Of a stretch of 64,000 nt of DNA, positions 52,379 through 62,256 are shown in pieces. The DNA comes from Gammaproteobacteria bacterium (lineage in GTDB: Bacteria; Pseudomonadota; Gammaproteobacteria; Eutrophobiales; Eutrophobiaceae): the NCBI GenBank assembly GCA_965116495.1, contig OZ220696.1, positions 192,001 through 256,000 of the forward strand, given 5' to 3'. The number at the start of each line of letters is the position of its first letter. Position 1 is the first letter of the stretch. A model generated the notes under the pieces. The model had not been told where the DNA came from. It did not search any database and saw nothing but the letters and a program-made list of their open reading frames with translations. A program made the position numbers and the translations under genes.

Positions 52379-55315
52379 TCAAATCCTGTCTGCTGTCTCC
52401 AGTAACGTGAACAAATCATCAACGAGGGACGCAACTTTATTGAGATCCTCTGTTTCCTCGTATATTACAAATGTCACTCTTTTGCGCAGTTCACGCAAGG
52501 CATCCTCACTTACTCTCCAATTAGGAAAGTCAGAAAAAGCCCGGCGAATTTTTCGACTTGCCACCTCTGAGTTTTCAATCCCGGCATCCAGCAGGCTTCG
52601 ATAAACAAAATATGTCAGTCCGTCAAAGGACTTCTCCACCTGTTCCCTTTTACGTTCCTCGTTCTTTTCCGCTTCCTTGATTAGTTCTTCAAGGGCTTCC
52701 GCTGTGCTGGACTGGCGGTTTTCAAAACTTTCCTGAACGGCCTGGGCACGTTTGGCCATGGCAATGAGATATGGATCGTCGCTGCTTTCGTCCGCCGACT
52801 TCTCGATGGCCTTGATCAAGTTAACGACCTTGATTGCATCGCCACTGTTTTGTTTCTTGATGAGTTCAATGGTGTCCGCATTGATCTCAATGCGATCTTC
52901 TAACGGTCTTACGCCATAAGAATCCACATGAGCACGGACCAGGTCTTGCGTTTTTCTTTGAAATTCCCTGTCGACCTGGACGCGTTTGGTATAGGCCTTG
53001 CGTACCACCTGAAACATTGCGGTTAATGTCCCATAAGTCTCGATGAAAGGACGTAAAAAAACATCGGGGGAGATGATTTCATACAGCATCTCGATCTCTC
53101 TGTATTCCTTGAAGAACGCTTTCCGGCGCTCAGGGTCGCGGAAATGTTCAGTAAGTGTGTCAACGTCCTTGTCGTTGAATCCGCTTTCAATAAGAGACAG
53201 GTATCCGGGAACCTGTTGCTCCATCTTGTTCCGGAACAGGAGTTTGAGCAACTTGATGTCTTTTACGATGGCGTTGATTTCATCACTGTCGAAGGCGAGG
53301 GCTTTTTCAAGTTGTTCGAAAATACCGACAAAATCGAGAACAAAGCCGTGGGGCTTGACCATCTTCTGCGCCTCGTTCTCATAAGGACGGTTCACCCGCG
53401 CGATGGCCTGGAGCAGTGTATGGTCGCGCATCGGCTTGTCGAGATACATTGCATAGAGCAATGGCGCATCAAAGCCGGTCAGCAGTTTTTCGGTGACAAT
53501 CAGAATCTTCGGTTGCTGGTCAAGCTTTGTGAAACGCTTGCGAATCTGCCGCTCCTTTTTTTTATCAAGGTGAAATTCCTTCAACAGGGCAGAATCATTG
53601 TTGTTTCCGGTGTAAACGACCTCGGAATAATCGGGTGGGAGACCAAGCTTATCGAATTCAGTATCCAGAGCATGCTTGTAGTGGGCACAGGCTTCGCGGT
53701 CAACACCAACGAGGAAGGCTTTGTAACCGAGCGGCTCGACATGCTCGCGGTAATGCCCGGCCACGAACTGTGCTACCCGTTTGACACGCTCATTGCCTTT
53801 AAGGAAGTTTTTGAGGTTGACTGCGCGCTCCAGGACTTTATTCAATTCTTCGATGTCGGCAACGCCCTCAGCTTCAGCGAGGGAGAGGAACTCCGCATCC
53901 AATGTCTCGTGCGGCACGCGCATTTCGTTGGGGGCAAGCTGGTAGTACAGCGGCAGGGTCGTGCCGTCATCTATACTGTCGGAGATGGAATATTTGTGCA
54001 GGTAGCCCTGGTCGTCCTCGCAGCCGAAAGTCTTGAATGTGCCCTTTCCATATGCGGTTTTGTCCACCGGGGTGCCGGTGAAACCGATGTAGGTTGCCTT
54101 CGGCAAGCCGGCCATAAGATAGTTGCCCAGGTCGCCGCCGGTGGTCCGGTGGGCTTCGTCGATGAGTACGTATATGTTTGAGCGGGTATTAAGATCTGCC
54201 GGCATACCATGAAACTTGTGGATCATCGTTACGATAATGCCGCGGTAGTCGTCCTTCAGCAGACGGTTAAGCCGGGCGATGGTGTCGGCGTGCTTCAGGT
54301 TGCTGAGACCGACCGCTTCCAGGTTCTTGAGCATCTGATCTTCCAGTTCGTTACGGTCGATCATCAGTAGAATGGTTGGCTTGTCTGCCGCCGGCGCGCG
54401 GAAAAGCAGTTCCGCCGCCTTAATCATGGTGAAGGTCTTTCCACTGCCCTGGGTATGCCAGATGAGGCCGCGGGTCCGGTCAGGATTGAGCGCGCGCTCA
54501 ATGATTGCGCCCACGGCGCCGGTCTGGTGCTGGCTTAAACTGTATTTGTTCAGTTCCTCGTCTTTCTCGGCAAAGATAATGTAGTCCTTCAGGTACGAGA
54601 GCACCTGCGGAATGGCACAGAAGCTTTTCACCTTGGCTTCCAACTGACCGATCTGTTCGTTTTTCCAGTTGAAAATATTACGCCGCGCCGTATTCCACGT
54701 TACGCCGTAGGAAAAACCGATAGCGTCGGTGGCGGTGAAGAGTTGCTCGGGGACGAACAGTTCCGGCGTCTCCCGGTGGTAACGACGGATTTGATCTACG
54801 CCGAGGGCGATAGCCTCGTCTTTGTCGGCGTTTTTACATTCGATTACCAGTACCGGGATACCGTTGATGAGAAACACCACATCTTCGCGCGTGCCGTAAT
54901 GACCGTTGTTAAAGGCCCATTCTTCGGTGACCTCGAAAATATTTCGCTTTGGGTCGTCATAATCGATCAGGATCAGGTCGCGTTCGCGGTTATTATCCTG
55001 GTCAAAAAACTTGCCCTTGTTGCGCAGGTAATCGATGAATTCGCGGTTGCCATAGATGTTAGTGTGCAGGTGGCGAAATTGGTTGAGTAGCGCGCCCTGC
55101 TGCTCAGTGTAAAGGGGATTAAATTCCCGTACCTTGGTATAGAGCAAGTCGTCGAAGTAGAGCGAGGCATCTCTGTTGCGATCGGTGGCCGACGCATCCG
55201 GATCAAACCCGCGCCGCTGCTCAGCCTCCTCGCTAGGTACAAATATCCAGCCAATATCCTGTGCGTACTGAAGAATACGGGCCTGGACGGTTTTGTGTTC
55301 GGAAGGAGTGGGCAT
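52379..55315 (-). CDS. hsdR: Type I restriction enzyme subunit R
   Basis: D...NGIP...IECK nuclease, QGSGKT, DEAHR, FTGTP, LTGFDAP, QAIARVNR; ATG at 55315. Confidence 0.96.
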   Translation of the reverse strand: MPTPSEHKTVQARILQYAQDIGWIFVPSEEAEQRRGFDPDASATDRNRDASLYFDDLLYTKVREFNPLYTEQQGALLNQFRHLHTNIYGNREFIDYLRNKGKFFDQDNNRERDLILIDYDDPKRNIFEVTEEWAFNNGHYGTREDVVFLINGIPVLVIECKNADKDEAIALGVDQIRRYHRETPELFVPEQLFTATDAIGFSYGVTWNTARRNIFNWKNEQIGQLEAKVKSFCAIPQVLSYLKDYIIFAEKDEELNKYSLSQHQTGAVGAIIERALNPDRTRGLIWHTQGSGKTFTMIKAAELLFRAPAADKPTILLMIDRNELEDQMLKNLEAVGLSNLKHADTIARLNRLLKDDYRGIIVTMIHKFHGMPADLNTRSNIYVLIDEAHRTTGGDLGNYLMAGLPKATYIGFTGTPVDKTAYGKGTFKTFGCEDDQGYLHKYSISDSIDDGTTLPLYYQLAPNEMRVPHETLDAEFLSLAEAEGVADIEELNKVLERAVNLKNFLKGNERVKRVAQFVAGHYREHVEPLGYKAFLVGVDREACAHYKHALDTEFDKLGLPPDYSEVVYTGNNNDSALLKEFHLDKKKERQIRKRFTKLDQQPKILIVTEKLLTGFDAPLLYAMYLDKPMRDHTLLQAIARVNRPYENEAQKMVKPHGFVLDFVGIFEQLEKALAFDSDEINAIVKDIKLLKLLFRNKMEQQVPGYLSLIESGFNDKDVDTLTEHFRDPERRKAFFKEYREIEMLYEIISPDVFLRPFIETYGTLTAMFQVVRKAYTKRVQVDREFQRKTQDLVRAHVDSYGVRPLEDRIEINADTIELIKKQNSGDAIKVVNLIKAIEKSADESSDDPYLIAMAKRAQAVQESFENRQSSTAEALEELIKEAEKNEERKREQVEKSFDGLTYFVYRSLLDAGIENSEVASRKIRRAFSDFPNWRVSEDALRELRKRVTFVIYEETEDLNKVASLVDDLFTLLETADRI

Positions 55316-55483
55316 GAGCTTCAGTTCCAGGTTCGATACGCCTCCATGAATCGGCAGTACTTCAAGATCGCGACACAATGTCGCGATTTATGTCGCGATA
55401 GCAACCCTTTGCATGGCCCCTGTTTGGTTGAACAACAGTTGCGCCGAGTATAGCAGCAATGACATCTTGTTTCTCAATACAAT

Positions 55484-55816
55484 TTGGAGTTATGGTTATA
55501 CATTATGAAACACACAGTGGCATTAGACGAGGCGAAAATACGCACCATCGTGGATAAGAATCCAGTTATGGAGGAGACCTTCAAAGTGTGGCGCGACCTG
55601 TCGGTAGACCCTGAGATATTGGGTATTGAGGAAGCGCACCGCAAGGCCCGGCTGGACTGTAACACGAACATGTTGGTGAGCAGGGCAGAAGGCAGGGCAG
55701 AGGGCAAAATTGAAAGCGCCCGCGTTATGTTGGAGAAAGACTACCCCTTGCAAGAGGTCAGTGAAATCACAGGTCTCAGCCCCAAACAGCTTAGAGACGC
55801 TGGTTTAATCCGGTAA
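55484..55816 (+). CDS. Rpn/YhgA-family C-terminal fragment or small protein
   Basis: WLY, AEGRAEGKIESARVML..G/D.....I.EITGLS tail typical of Rpn proteins; no nuclease domain. Confidence 0.65.
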   Translation: MELWLYIMKHTVALDEAKIRTIVDKNPVMEETFKVWRDLSVDPEILGIEEAHRKARLDCNTNMLVSRAEGRAEGKIESARVMLEKDYPLQEVSEITGLSPKQLRDAGLIR

Positions 55817-55843
55817 TACTAGGGAGCCACCTTCGGTAACGTG

Positions 55844-55915
55844 TTATCGACCGGAGACCGGGTCAGGCCCGGCATGGCGGTTCTGGATGGCTTTGTGTTC
55901 GGTGGGAGCCTGCAT
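55844..55915 (-). pseudogene. Remnant of hsdR 5' end
   Basis: MQAPTEHKAIQNR versus HsdR MPTPSEHKTVQAR, with an RBS-like GAGAG. Confidence 0.65.
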
Positions 55916-55928
55916 CTCTCCTCTTTTT

Positions 55929-57086
55929 CTACCTGTTCTTCGCTTCCCCAGGACGCTTCGTGGGTAATCCAATGGCCGCGCCCAGTTCATCCGCCGTTGG
56001 CAGCTTGCCTTTCAGTTCCTTCGGCAAGGTTGGTTTTAACTGATATTCCGCCACACCGATCGGGTTGGTTTTTGATTTAAGTGCAAACTCGACCACCACG
56101 TCATCCTTTTCTGCGCATAGGATAATCCCGATGGATGGGTTGTCATCGGTCGCCCGTTCCTTTTCATTCAGCGCATTCAGATAGAAATCCATCTTGCCGG
56201 CGAACTCCGGCTGAAATTCACCGATCTTCAGTTCAATAGCGACGAGGCATTTGAGGAAGCGATGATAGAAGAGCAGATCAATAAAGTATTCCTTCTTCCC
56301 GGCTACCACCCGATGTTGCCTGCCGATGAAACAGAAACCGTAACCGAGTTCCAGGATGAAATCTTTCAACTGCTCAATCAGCTTGTCTTCCAACTCCCGT
56401 TCCTTAATCTCCCGACCAATGCCAAGAAATTCCAGGTTGTAGGAACTTTTCAGCGATTCCTCCGCCTGCTCAGCAAGGTGCTCCGGCAGAGCGAGAGGGA
56501 AATTGTGTGCTTTTCCTTCGGCCAGGCTGCGCCCGTAGGCATCCGCTTTGATTTGGTTCAGCAGAACAGACCGTGTCCAGCCGCATTGGGCCGTGGTGTA
56601 AAGGTAGTAAAGGCGTTCTTTGGGTTCGGATAGCTTGTTGAGGATTAGCAAATTGTGGCTCCAAGGAACTTCTACGACGAGTTGTCTCAGCTTGTCTGTG
56701 ATTTCAGTTTCTTCCAATTTGGCAACAGCTTGTTGCCGATTTGGAGCAGGCAATCCCATGGCGGGCAATTTGGCAACAGCTTGTTGCCAAATTGCAGTGT
56801 TGGCGTAAGTGCTGAACAAACGTTTCATATTTCGCAGATTTCGTGATGAAAATCCTTTCGTCTCTGGAAAAGCTCGCCTGAGATCTCCCGAAAGCTGCTC
56901 TATTACCGATTCGCCCCAGCCAAGTTCCTCCTGTTTCTCCACGATCCCGCGTCCGATGTCCCAGTAGAGCAGGGTCAGGTCGCGGTTCACCGAGCGTGCC
57001 GCCGAGATCCGGGCCGATTGAATCCGCGATTTTACTTCGACCAGCCAAGCGGCGTAGTCAGGAGATAGGATTATTTTGACAGGCAT
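55929..57086 (-). CDS. YhcG/DUF1016 PD-(D/E)xK nuclease-domain protein
   Basis: LYWDIG, GFSSRNL, WSHN, LELGYGF, IDLLFYHR, IELK, GKMDFY, IGIILC. Confidence 0.93.
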   Translation of the reverse strand: MPVKIILSPDYAAWLVEVKSRIQSARISAARSVNRDLTLLYWDIGRGIVEKQEELGWGESVIEQLSGDLRRAFPETKGFSSRNLRNMKRLFSTYANTAIWQQAVAKLPAMGLPAPNRQQAVAKLEETEITDKLRQLVVEVPWSHNLLILNKLSEPKERLYYLYTTAQCGWTRSVLLNQIKADAYGRSLAEGKAHNFPLALPEHLAEQAEESLKSSYNLEFLGIGREIKERELEDKLIEQLKDFILELGYGFCFIGRQHRVVAGKKEYFIDLLFYHRFLKCLVAIELKIGEFQPEFAGKMDFYLNALNEKERATDDNPSIGIILCAEKDDVVVEFALKSKTNPIGVAEYQLKPTLPKELKGKLPTADELGAAIGLPTKRPGEAKNR

Positions 57087-57092
57087 GGTCTT

Positions 57093-57434
57093 TCACAGAA
57101 ATTCTATCTGCTGGGTAATTGTCTCGTCCTTGTGGGCGTTCTTGCACTCACTCACCAGGACTGGACTGCGGTTGGTGTGAATATGGAAATGGTGAAATTG
57201 ATTGAGAAAGGCGCCCTCGGTTTCAGCACAGTGAGGGATAAATTTCCGCACCTGGGTATCAAGTAAGTTGTCGAAGAAGAGCGAGACACCCTTGGGGCGA
57301 TCTTCGGATGGCGCATCTGGACCATAACTGCGCTGGTGCTCGGCTTCATCGCGAGACACAACGATCCAGCCGATGTCCTGTGCGAATTTGAGAAAGCGGG
57401 CATGGGCGTTTTTGTGTACGGAGTGTGTTGACAT
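57093..57434 (-). pseudogene. Degenerate, internally deleted hsdR N-terminal copy
   Basis: AQDIGW..V...EAE, SLFFDNLL...VRKF, PVLVSECKNAHKDE match HsdR with the middle removed. Confidence 0.85.
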
Positions 57435-57437
57435 AAT

Positions 57438-59294
57438 TTATTCGGCCATTCGGTTAGCGATCTTAGTAATCTCAGCTTCGGTTAGGCGAGCCAGAGTCCA
57501 ACCCTTCGCGAACTTAGCAGTCTCCGATTTTGGGAGTTGTTCATCTGCTAGATCACGTATGCGAACCCGCGCTGGCATAGCTGCACCTTCACCGACAAAG
57601 ATGGCCTCCTGCTGAGCTAGATTCGGTAAAGCCTTAGTCATTCCGGACAAGCCATCGGGCAAGAAACGAGAAACGTGTTGTTGATCCGCTGCATTCGTAA
57701 GCCTCAGAACAAGCCACGTAGCGCACTGAGATATCACGGTGCTTTCAATATCGGACGGCCTCTGACTAACAAGCATCAACCCAATGCCGTATTTTCGCCC
57801 TTCTCGAGCTATCCTGCGGATAGCTGTTTGAGCTGCTGCATATTCCGCTTCGCCCCTGTCTGGTACATATCGGTGCGCTTCCTCACATACAAGAACAACT
57901 GGATCTCGCCTTCTTTCATCAGTGGTTTGATAGACTTTATACTGAAACAAGAGGCGAGCCAACATTGCGGCCAATGGACCAGCGACTTCGTTCGGGAGGC
58001 CGGAGATATCCAATATCCGAATATCCTGCTCGGCACCGCCGTTGCTCTGGATTTGGCCGACTAACTGACCAATAATGTGACCAAGAGGGTAGCTTTCATT
58101 GGTCCACTCTCGCATCATGAACTGAATTCTTGGATCGCGGCGTAATACGGAGAGCTTATCCAAAATTGATTTAAAATCCTTCGTAAAGTCACCTGCAGGA
58201 ACGCGTTCTGTTACTTGCGTCCCCTTCTTCAAGCGAGCTGCTTGGAGAAACTCTATATGCTTCCTAACTTCATCAAGACTAAATGGTCGAGGTTTATCTC
58301 TATCGAACTCTACGATTCTCTCGACCTTAATACCGCCCTTCGGACGTGGCGAATCTGGCTCGGAACCATCGTTCGGAATCTCAACCCCATATTCTGAGGG
58401 AGACGGCTCAATTAGACCTGCAGCTACCATGCGAGCGTAAGTCAATGCCTTGTAAATAATATTATTTTGAGACGTTGCTTCTCTCTCGGTTTTTCCAATA
58501 ACGAGTAATCTGAACTCATCGGCACTCATTAGCCAGTAGGGAAGACTTATCGGAATACCAGTCGTCTCTTCATTTCCAAGTGGGTCGTAGGCACGATAAA
58601 CGATAGCACGCTCATTGAACGCATTGCCGTATTCCCCATGAGGATCAATGACGAGAATTCGCGGATGGCAGGCCATGTTCGGCACTGGGGAGTGATCCAG
58701 CATGCTGTGAAGCAAGGCAGCGACAGCACCAGACTTTCCTGAACCTGTAGAACCAAGCACTGCACAATGCATACCCAGCATTTTATCCACGTTTGCCCGG
58801 CAGGCGGTATTGTCTGCTCCTACATAATAAGCAAATGGAACGAGGGGGTTATATTCTTCGTGCTTCTGTTGCCCTTCAGCAGCAGAGTAAATCTGCTTAG
58901 TCTCTTCGCGTGTAAGAAGATGCACGCTTTGACGAGGTAATGGGTAGGTTGTAACACCCCGAATAAACCGCAATTGTTGTTCTGCTGCATTCCAAATGCC
59001 TTCTGCGAATAACTCTACTTCCATTATCCGTTGATCTGCGTCTGGAGGAATGGGTTTCGTAATTTCAAGAAGTTCCTCGGATCGCATTCGCAACAGAGTC
59101 ACAAATCCGAAAACAAGGTGCCTTCCAAAATGGACCTTTACGATGCTTCCAATTTGTCCGATGGGATAAACCCGTCCTTCATAAATTCGGGTAAGCTCAG
59201 TGACGTCTCCCGATAGCTCTACCCGAATGGTAGTTCCTGATACCTCGACGATGTGTCCAATCTTCAGGTCGGAAATAAGATCAAACGTACTCAT
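57438..59294 (-). CDS. HerA-like ATPase (DUF87)
   Basis: N-terminal HAS barrel, GSTGSGKS, DPHGEY, EEAHRY, REGRKYG, SQRP; ATGA overlap with the Sir2 gene. Confidence 0.93.
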   Translation of the reverse strand: MSTFDLISDLKIGHIVEVSGTTIRVELSGDVTELTRIYEGRVYPIGQIGSIVKVHFGRHLVFGFVTLLRMRSEELLEITKPIPPDADQRIMEVELFAEGIWNAAEQQLRFIRGVTTYPLPRQSVHLLTREETKQIYSAAEGQQKHEEYNPLVPFAYYVGADNTACRANVDKMLGMHCAVLGSTGSGKSGAVAALLHSMLDHSPVPNMACHPRILVIDPHGEYGNAFNERAIVYRAYDPLGNEETTGIPISLPYWLMSADEFRLLVIGKTEREATSQNNIIYKALTYARMVAAGLIEPSPSEYGVEIPNDGSEPDSPRPKGGIKVERIVEFDRDKPRPFSLDEVRKHIEFLQAARLKKGTQVTERVPAGDFTKDFKSILDKLSVLRRDPRIQFMMREWTNESYPLGHIIGQLVGQIQSNGGAEQDIRILDISGLPNEVAGPLAAMLARLLFQYKVYQTTDERRRDPVVLVCEEAHRYVPDRGEAEYAAAQTAIRRIAREGRKYGIGLMLVSQRPSDIESTVISQCATWLVLRLTNAADQQHVSRFLPDGLSGMTKALPNLAQQEAIFVGEGAAMPARVRIRDLADEQLPKSETAKFAKGWTLARLTEAEITKIANRMAE

Positions 59295-60469
59295 AGTGCG
59301 CATGCCTCCGCTCCGCTGTTTAGTATTTTGATGACGCCAGCAAACTTCCACCAATCTCGTTTTTTTCCGGTAGCCTGTGGCGGATGTGATATATCAGCGC
59401 CGACATGCAATCCATGCTTAGAGATTACATAGACCCGGTTACTCCACGGTTCTGACCCCCATTTTTTAAGGGTCGGATTTAGATTTGGTGTGAAAGCGAG
59501 AACCGTCGTTTTATTCTCTGGGTGTTGAAGTGCCAATTCAATCTCTTGATTAATGTGCTCGTCTCCAAAACTGTATCCACAGGTTACGAGGACGTTCTCT
59601 TCCCGTTGTCCAAGTGATTTACGAAATAGATCAAATTGGGCTGCGAAGGGGTCACGTTGAGTAGCGAGATACTTGGTTGATTGTGGGTAGATGAGTACCC
59701 GGGAAATCTTTTTCGGATAAAGGTCTCCATCCCGGACTCTCCAGACTCGGCCATCTTCCCCCAAGTGCCAATCGATCGACCCATGGAGTTTGATCACGTG
59801 GGCTCTAAAGTGGAGATTTGGTTCATCGTCGCCATATCGATAGCTGCGATGCGCGACTGCGCCGCCGGAGAATCCATCCCAGTATGAGAAGCCTCCAAGT
59901 GCAAGAGCATCTTCGAGGAGAGTGTCATAGTTGGTTGTGAATAGTCTGACTGCTCTCCGGCGTTCTGCCACGCCTGCTTGGCTTCGATTGAAGAGCGCAT
60001 TGACGAATTCCGAATGATTGTTTATAACAACTATTCGATTTTCGTGGGTTCCGACCTCCTCTGGAGTCCCGTCATCTTTCTCAGGCTTGTATCCCCAACG
60101 GATCGTTTCGGCGATCCAAGTTAAAACTCGCTGGTGCAGTTGGTCTAAGTCATCAATTGAAAGGGTGATGTTATCAAATTTGACGATTTTTTCGCTGGAA
60201 CGGTCAGCGATAGTTTTATAGTCACCGAGTTGACTTAAAATGTGTTCAATGTGCGTTTCGTCAGAGAGTTGGTTTTTGATGTATTCAAGTACCTTTAGGT
60301 CGTTCACCACCTCGCTTTCTCTCGCCCTCGCAAACACACGGTCCGTAAGAGGACGCATGAGTGGGACTCCCGCGTCGCGACTGATTCCTGCTCCAAATAA
60401 CCACGACTGGTTGCTCGCAGCCAATAGATTGTCGAGTTGTTTGAGATTGTCATTTGTTATTTGATCCAT
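59291..60469 (-). CDS. SIR2-family protein (Sir2-HerA defence pair)
   Basis: FGAGIS, TTNYD, KLHGS, GYSFGDEHIN. Confidence 0.93.
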   Translation of the reverse strand: MDQITNDNLKQLDNLLAASNQSWLFGAGISRDAGVPLMRPLTDRVFARARESEVVNDLKVLEYIKNQLSDETHIEHILSQLGDYKTIADRSSEKIVKFDNITLSIDDLDQLHQRVLTWIAETIRWGYKPEKDDGTPEEVGTHENRIVVINNHSEFVNALFNRSQAGVAERRRAVRLFTTNYDTLLEDALALGGFSYWDGFSGGAVAHRSYRYGDDEPNLHFRAHVIKLHGSIDWHLGEDGRVWRVRDGDLYPKKISRVLIYPQSTKYLATQRDPFAAQFDLFRKSLGQREENVLVTCGYSFGDEHINQEIELALQHPENKTTVLAFTPNLNPTLKKWGSEPWSNRVYVISKHGLHVGADISHPPQATGKKRDWWKFAGVIKILNSGAEACAL

Positions 60470-60490
60470 GAGGTTTGCTTCTCATTGAGG

Positions 60491-61753
60491 TTAGGTTGAA
60501 AGTTCAAAATTCCGTACGCGAATCTTTGCGGTCATCAGTTGGTGAAGGAGAGTGCGGAAAAGGGATTGAAGTGCCAGCTTTTTCTCTTGGTGTGTTTGTA
60601 TTTTTTCATCAATGCCGTGAATTGCGCTCGCAATCTCAACCTGCTCTTCATAGGTAGGATTTGGAATTTGTAGTGAAGAAATCTCGTTCTTATTGTAGTT
60701 GGCTTGATTTACTGCTCTTCGAGCCAGTTTTACGAACACACCTTCTTCCCTGTAGTAATTCATCAAGTGTTTGAGAAAGTAATTGTGAGACTTTTTTTCA
60801 CCAGTGATTATTCGGAGGATAAACGAGGCAAAAATGTGTTTTTCATTTTGGGTACGATAAACCGCGCTTTTGCCAATTAGCGGAGGGCTATTGCGCCAGT
60901 TGAATAAAACGTCGCCATCGTTTAATACAAGACGATTCTTAGTTTTTTCAGGGACTTTGATCCGACGAATATTCGAATAAAGCAGGTTTCCTTGTTTATC
61001 AATATCGGCGGTGCTGACAATCTTTACGCCATCAACAGGTGGCATTTTAGGAATAGCTTGAGAGACACCGTAATCAATTGCCTCAACCGTTTCGACTAAT
61101 GGCTTCACTCCCCAGCTTTCGGGAATTGGGCCGACTTCGGTTTGTTTTTTGGGTTTGTTGCGGATGCCTTCAGTAAAGAGTTTGTTCATAATTGCTTTTT
61201 TCAGTTCGGTAGTTGTCTGAATGATCCGTTCCTGTGCTTCTATCGCCCGTTGTACTGTCGAAAGGATATGCGCGATTTTCTTCTGCTCGCGGAGTGTGGG
61301 GAGTGATAGTTGAAAAACCTTTAGCGACGACCAGGAAGTGCGCGGATGCTGAACGCCAGATGTTGTGGATTTCGCATGATTGATGAACTCATCGCAGTGG
61401 ATCAGGTACTTCAGAAATCCCGATTCACACCTGCCATTTGCACGGAAGACAAGAATGTCAGTTGAACTGATTCCATCGAAATCTGCGTGTGTTCCTTTTC
61501 TCAAATATGGCCGAAGTTTGCCGAATAAAATATCTCCAATTTCGAAAGCTGTTTTCGAAGACTTGACGTCGTTTTCTATTCCACAACCAACGAAAGCAGG
61601 AAACCCTTGAGCAAGATGCTCTAAGCCGACGTAAGGAGTGGTTCCCCCTTCAACTGGCCTGTAGGCATCCTTTACGCGCTCACAGACTTCACCGAACTGG
61701 TAGTTATTCCAACCAGTAGGTAAAGGTCTGATCAGTAGGTTGGAATCACTCAT
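60491..61753 (-). CDS. hsdS: Type I R-M specificity subunit
   Basis: Two TRDs with P...EQ..IA..L conserved regions and IPESW; ATG at 61753. Confidence 0.95.
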   Translation of the reverse strand: MSDSNLLIRPLPTGWNNYQFGEVCERVKDAYRPVEGGTTPYVGLEHLAQGFPAFVGCGIENDVKSSKTAFEIGDILFGKLRPYLRKGTHADFDGISSTDILVFRANGRCESGFLKYLIHCDEFINHAKSTTSGVQHPRTSWSSLKVFQLSLPTLREQKKIAHILSTVQRAIEAQERIIQTTTELKKAIMNKLFTEGIRNKPKKQTEVGPIPESWGVKPLVETVEAIDYGVSQAIPKMPPVDGVKIVSTADIDKQGNLLYSNIRRIKVPEKTKNRLVLNDGDVLFNWRNSPPLIGKSAVYRTQNEKHIFASFILRIITGEKKSHNYFLKHLMNYYREEGVFVKLARRAVNQANYNKNEISSLQIPNPTYEEQVEIASAIHGIDEKIQTHQEKKLALQSLFRTLLHQLMTAKIRVRNFELST

Positions 61754-62256
61754 ACCCCGATCTTCTCCAAAATCCTCCACAATGCTTTGTCTGTCTCTTT
61801 GACATCGGCTTCCTTCCATCTGAGGAGAGTGTTGGCGACATGGGTAATGCTCTCGGGCCGGTTGGACAGCAATGACCCCGACATTGTTGTTCTGCTGATG
61901 TAGCGCCCCTGATAGTTGATGGGGCCAGACCTGACGATTACTGCCGATTCCGATCGGGAAATCGGACGATTGTCGGATGATTCCGTCGTCCGGGTGCGGG
62001 CAAACCGGATTGGTGATTGTCGCCGCAGTGCAGCGACAATCTCTTCACCGGGGACGGTTTCATGAAGCTTGACCATCCAGGTAAGAGCGGAATAACTGTA
62101 ACCGCGACCGTATTCAGCGCTCAATTCTTGCGACAGTGTCGCAAGAATCCGCCTTCCATATTCAGTGCGTTCGTACTTAAGGACTTCTATTTGGATAGGT
62201 TTGCCAATAGCGAGACCGGCATTACTCTGGATGATGTTTTGATTATCCCGGTTCAT
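61750..62256 (-). pseudogene. Chimeric ORF: DUF1016 N-terminal fragment plus duplicated hsdM 3' end
   Basis: R.EYG..ILATLSQEL..EYGRGYS then KEADVKETDKALWRILEKIGV*, resembling HsdM end EAEAKEADRALRTILKQFEA*. Confidence 0.7.
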
